The notes under the pieces are model-generated. The model did not search any database. It had not been told where the DNA came from and saw only the letters and a list, made by a program, of their open reading frames with translations. From a virus (lineage: Duplodnaviria; Caudoviricetes), in the IMG/VR virus record IMGVR_UViG_3300017780_004945, positions 1 to 36,975 of that record: DNA of 36,975 bases; one strand, 5' to 3'. Positions 34,147 through 36,975 of the stretch are shown piece after piece (position 1 is the stretch's first letter; each line of letters starts with the position of its first letter). The position numbers were made by a program, and so were the translations under genes.

Positions 34147-36110
34147 GTTACGACAAAGATATCTATTTTGTAAACCTACCCGACAATCAAGTAGCAGAAG
34201 CCTGCATGCAGAAGATCGATGACTACTTCAGTTTTCTTACTCGATCGGGACAGCTAGCACTTTGGAAAACCACCTACAACGCGTACTACAACTCTGAAAT
34301 CGTAGGCGGTCAGATCTACAAAACAGGATCACAAAACGAATACTTTAACCTCAACGTCAACCATTTCAGATCCGTACTCACAACTCTCAAGGGCATGATC
34401 GAGCAGCAAAAGCTCGCCTTTGACTCGAAAGCTACCAACACCGATGTTAAATCCCAAGCTCAAGCGATTCTTTCCAACGGCCTTTTAGAGTATTACGCCA
34501 AAGAAAAGTCTCTCGAGGATTACACCTCCGAAGGGCTAGAGAGCGCTATCGTTCTATCCGAGGGATGGATTTTCTCAGGCTGGAACGTTCAGGCTGGGAA
34601 GATCTACGGTTATCACCCAGAGACCAACGCGCCTATCTACGAAGGAGACATTGTTTATCAATCGTACCCACCAACTCAGGTTGTGCGAGACGTCACGAAA
34701 CGTAAACCATCCGAGAATAATTGGTACATCCTGATTGATTTCGTCAACAAGTGGGATCTTATGGAGCAGTTCCCTGAATACCGCGCTCAGCTGCTTGACA
34801 TCAGCAACGATAACTTTGAGAACAACAAGTACCGCTTCTACGCAGCTAAGCACATGGAAGCCTCTAACGATGATGTCCCCGTGTTTACGCTCTTTCACAA
34901 GAAATGCCCTTCTGTTCCCAACGGCAAAGAGATCAAGTTTGTAAACAAAGATATTCTTTTGGGTAACGGCGCACTTCCCTACAGACACATACCTTTGCGA
35001 GCAATCACTACAAGCAAGCATTTAGCCTCGAACTTCGGCTACACGCTGGCTTACGATCTTGTGATTATCCAAGAAGCTTTAAATATCACCGATTCTGTCA
35101 TTATGACGAACCTTGCGACCTACGGCTGCCAGAACATCATTTCAACACGCGGCGCAAATGTCAGCGCAGAGAGCTTAAGTGGTGGCCTCAACCTCATTGA
35201 GTACACACCTGTTGAAGGCGGCGCGCCTCCTGCAGGATTAAACCTTGCTGAAGTTCCAGCTCCTCTCTTCAATCACCGTGGATCGCTTGTCCAAGATATA
35301 CAACTGGTTTCTGGAATCAACGCCGTGTCCAGGGGTGACATGTCCTCGCTGGGCAAAACGATGTCAGGCTCAGCCATGGCGTTGATCCAGAATATGGCGA
35401 TTCAGTACGCTAACAGCTTGCAGAAATCTTACATTCGAACGCTTGGAGACATCGCTACCGACACAATCATGATCCTTCGAGACTTTGCCAAGGTTCCAAG
35501 AATTGCGATGATCTCAGGTATCGCTAACAGGCCCTACATGAAGGAATTCACGGGCGACGATTTAGACAAGATTAACAGGGTGGAAATAGATGTCGGTAAT
35601 GCCATGGCTCAAACGCTTGCAGGACGCGTCGATCTTGCCGAGAAGTATATTCAAAACGGCTGGGCAAAGAGTCCACAGGAATATACACAGGTGTTGACAA
35701 CTGGGCGCCTTGACGCTGTTATTGAAGGCGCACAGCGTATCAATCTTCAGATTCGCCAGGAGAATGAAGATTTGGCGAATGGAAAGGGAGCCATTGCAAT
35801 TGCTACGGATCCTCACGTTGAGCATATTATCGGTCACTCAGGACTTATGGACGGCCTCGACGCTAGACATAATCCAGATCTAATGAACGCGGCGACCGCT
35901 CACGTTCAAGAGCACATTAACTTCCTCAAGACCGTGGACCCTATGCTTCTTACGATTTTGAAACAACCTGTTATGCAGATGCCGCCGCCTATGCCAATGG
36001 GAGGCCCTTCAGGTGCGCCTGAGATGCTAGACGCTGCAAAACCGGTTGAGCAAAAAGCTCAGGAAATCAATCAACCAAATTTACCAGAGTCACCGATTCC
36101 TTTACAGTAA
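34143..36110 (+). CDS. Portal protein
   Basis: 655 aa after terL; VSGINAVSRG...SGSAM portal motif and a Pro-rich tail. Confidence 0.85.
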   Translation: MSYDKDIYFVNLPDNQVAEACMQKIDDYFSFLTRSGQLALWKTTYNAYYNSEIVGGQIYKTGSQNEYFNLNVNHFRSVLTTLKGMIEQQKLAFDSKATNTDVKSQAQAILSNGLLEYYAKEKSLEDYTSEGLESAIVLSEGWIFSGWNVQAGKIYGYHPETNAPIYEGDIVYQSYPPTQVVRDVTKRKPSENNWYILIDFVNKWDLMEQFPEYRAQLLDISNDNFENNKYRFYAAKHMEASNDDVPVFTLFHKKCPSVPNGKEIKFVNKDILLGNGALPYRHIPLRAITTSKHLASNFGYTLAYDLVIIQEALNITDSVIMTNLATYGCQNIISTRGANVSAESLSGGLNLIEYTPVEGGAPPAGLNLAEVPAPLFNHRGSLVQDIQLVSGINAVSRGDMSSLGKTMSGSAMALIQNMAIQYANSLQKSYIRTLGDIATDTIMILRDFAKVPRIAMISGIANRPYMKEFTGDDLDKINRVEIDVGNAMAQTLAGRVDLAEKYIQNGWAKSPQEYTQVLTTGRLDAVIEGAQRINLQIRQENEDLANGKGAIAIATDPHVEHIIGHSGLMDGLDARHNPDLMNAATAHVQEHINFLKTVDPMLLTILKQPVMQMPPPMPMGGPSGAPEMLDAAKPVEQKAQEINQPNLPESPIPLQ

Positions 36111-36122
36111 TGAAAGGGCCAC

Positions 36123-36341
36123 ATGTATATTAATCACCATCATAATCATAGCCACTGCAACCATACCCTTTTATTTTGCACTACGTGCGACAGGCCGTAT
36201 TGCAGTAAATGCAATAAAGAGTGGTACACTGCATATGGCTCGGGCTGGACATCTATCTATACGACAGGACAAACGATAACCAACTGTAGCGACAATGCTA
36301 CCTCAGCAATAAATACCAACTTCACAGCACATAATCATTAA
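36123..36341 (+). CDS. His/Cys-rich small zinc-binding protein
   Basis: HHHNHSHCNH...CTTC....CSKC; AAGGG RBS; located between portal and scaffold. Confidence 0.55.
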   Translation: MYINHHHNHSHCNHTLLFCTTCDRPYCSKCNKEWYTAYGSGWTSIYTTGQTITNCSDNATSAINTNFTAHNH

Positions 36342-36355
36342 AAACTAGGAGAGTC

Positions 36356-36975
36356 ATGAACGAAGAAGGCCAAGAAGCAACCGAAGGCACAGAATCAGAA
36401 GAAAACGTAACGACATTATCAAACGACGCAGCGGAAGCAAAGGGAGCGCCAGATTCGCCCTTTAGCAACGATCCTGCAACTCGAAAGAAGCAGCAAGTAC
36501 AAGCGCAAGCAAAGCCAGCGGCTGCGGTTCCTTCCGAGAAAAAGAAATATCAAGTCAAAGTCGACGGGCTAGAGAAAGAGCTTGAACTCGATGAAGCGGC
36601 ACTTAAAGCTTACATTCAGAAGGGCCTGGCGGCTGATAAGCGGCTTGAAGAGATAGCATACTCGCGAAGAGAGCTGCAAAAGCAACAAAAAGAGCTGGAA
36701 GATTTTTACGAGAAGATGGAAAAAGACCCTCGCGGGACTCTTAAGAAGCACCCGAGGCTTTCAAAGTTAGACCTTAGATCCATTTCCGAGCAGGAGCTTA
36801 TGGAGCACCTCGAGCGTGAATCGATGGACCCACGAGACCTTAAGATCCAAGAGCTAGAAGCGCGTGAGCAAGAGCGTGAAGCAAAAATAAAGGCTGAGCA
36901 AGAGGAGAAGGAGAAAGCCGAGCGAGAGCAGTACATGCAAAAGGTTACCACCGAGCGCAAGAACGCGATTGCTCA
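36356..36975 (+). CDS. Capsid scaffolding protein, N-terminal part (continues across the join to 517)
   Basis: Open from ATG 36356 to the contig end; absent from the ORF track because its stop lies beyond the circular join. Confidence 0.8.
   Translation, partial: MNEEGQEATEGTESEENVTTLSNDAAEAKGAPDSPFSNDPATRKKQQVQAQAKPAAAVPSEKKKYQVKVDGLEKELELDEAALKAYIQKGLAADKRLEEIAYSRRELQKQQKELEDFYEKMEKDPRGTLKKHPRLSKLDLRSISEQELMEHLERESMDPRDLKIQELEAREQEREAKIKAEQEEKEKAEREQYMQKVTTERKNAIA
36853..36975. repeat. Terminal direct repeat, right copy
   Basis: Identical to bases 1-123. Confidence 0.95.

Noticed and set aside
348-36960. Minus-strand and alternate-frame ORFs in the supplied track
   Set aside because: They lie within longer, translationally coupled + strand genes and show no motifs, so I treat them as shadow ORFs. 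The outer spanin is the exception.

Overview
This window is an apparently complete, circularly assembled dsDNA tailed-phage genome. Bases 1-123 are identical to 36853-36975, giving about 36,852 bp of unique sequence. The gene order is podovirus-like: terminase small and large subunits, portal, scaffold (split across the contig ends), major capsid protein, several fibre/adhesin genes, adaptor, nozzle and four probable ejection proteins. These are followed by more fibres, a peptidase M15 endolysin, a holin-like gene and overlapping spanins, which imply a Gram-negative host. An early region encodes an ERF recombinase, a Gam/Gp157-like protein, a MazG-like enzyme, a RusA-like resolvase and several HTH/RHH regulators. 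Every credible gene is on the + strand. I recognise no DNA polymerase, primase, helicase, initiator, SSB, integrase, CI repressor or ParA/ParB. The only large non-coding interval (about 24770-25446) holds a ~280-nt multibranch structured element, a promoter-to-terminator small RNA, and further hairpins, palindromes and repeats. Two near-canonical chromosomal parS sites lie near the capsid genes. My leading hypothesis, which is inference and untested, is an RNA-primed, antisense-controlled replicon with no Rep protein that borrows host ParB/SMC through parS mimicry. All protein calls come from motif recognition and gene order, not database searches.
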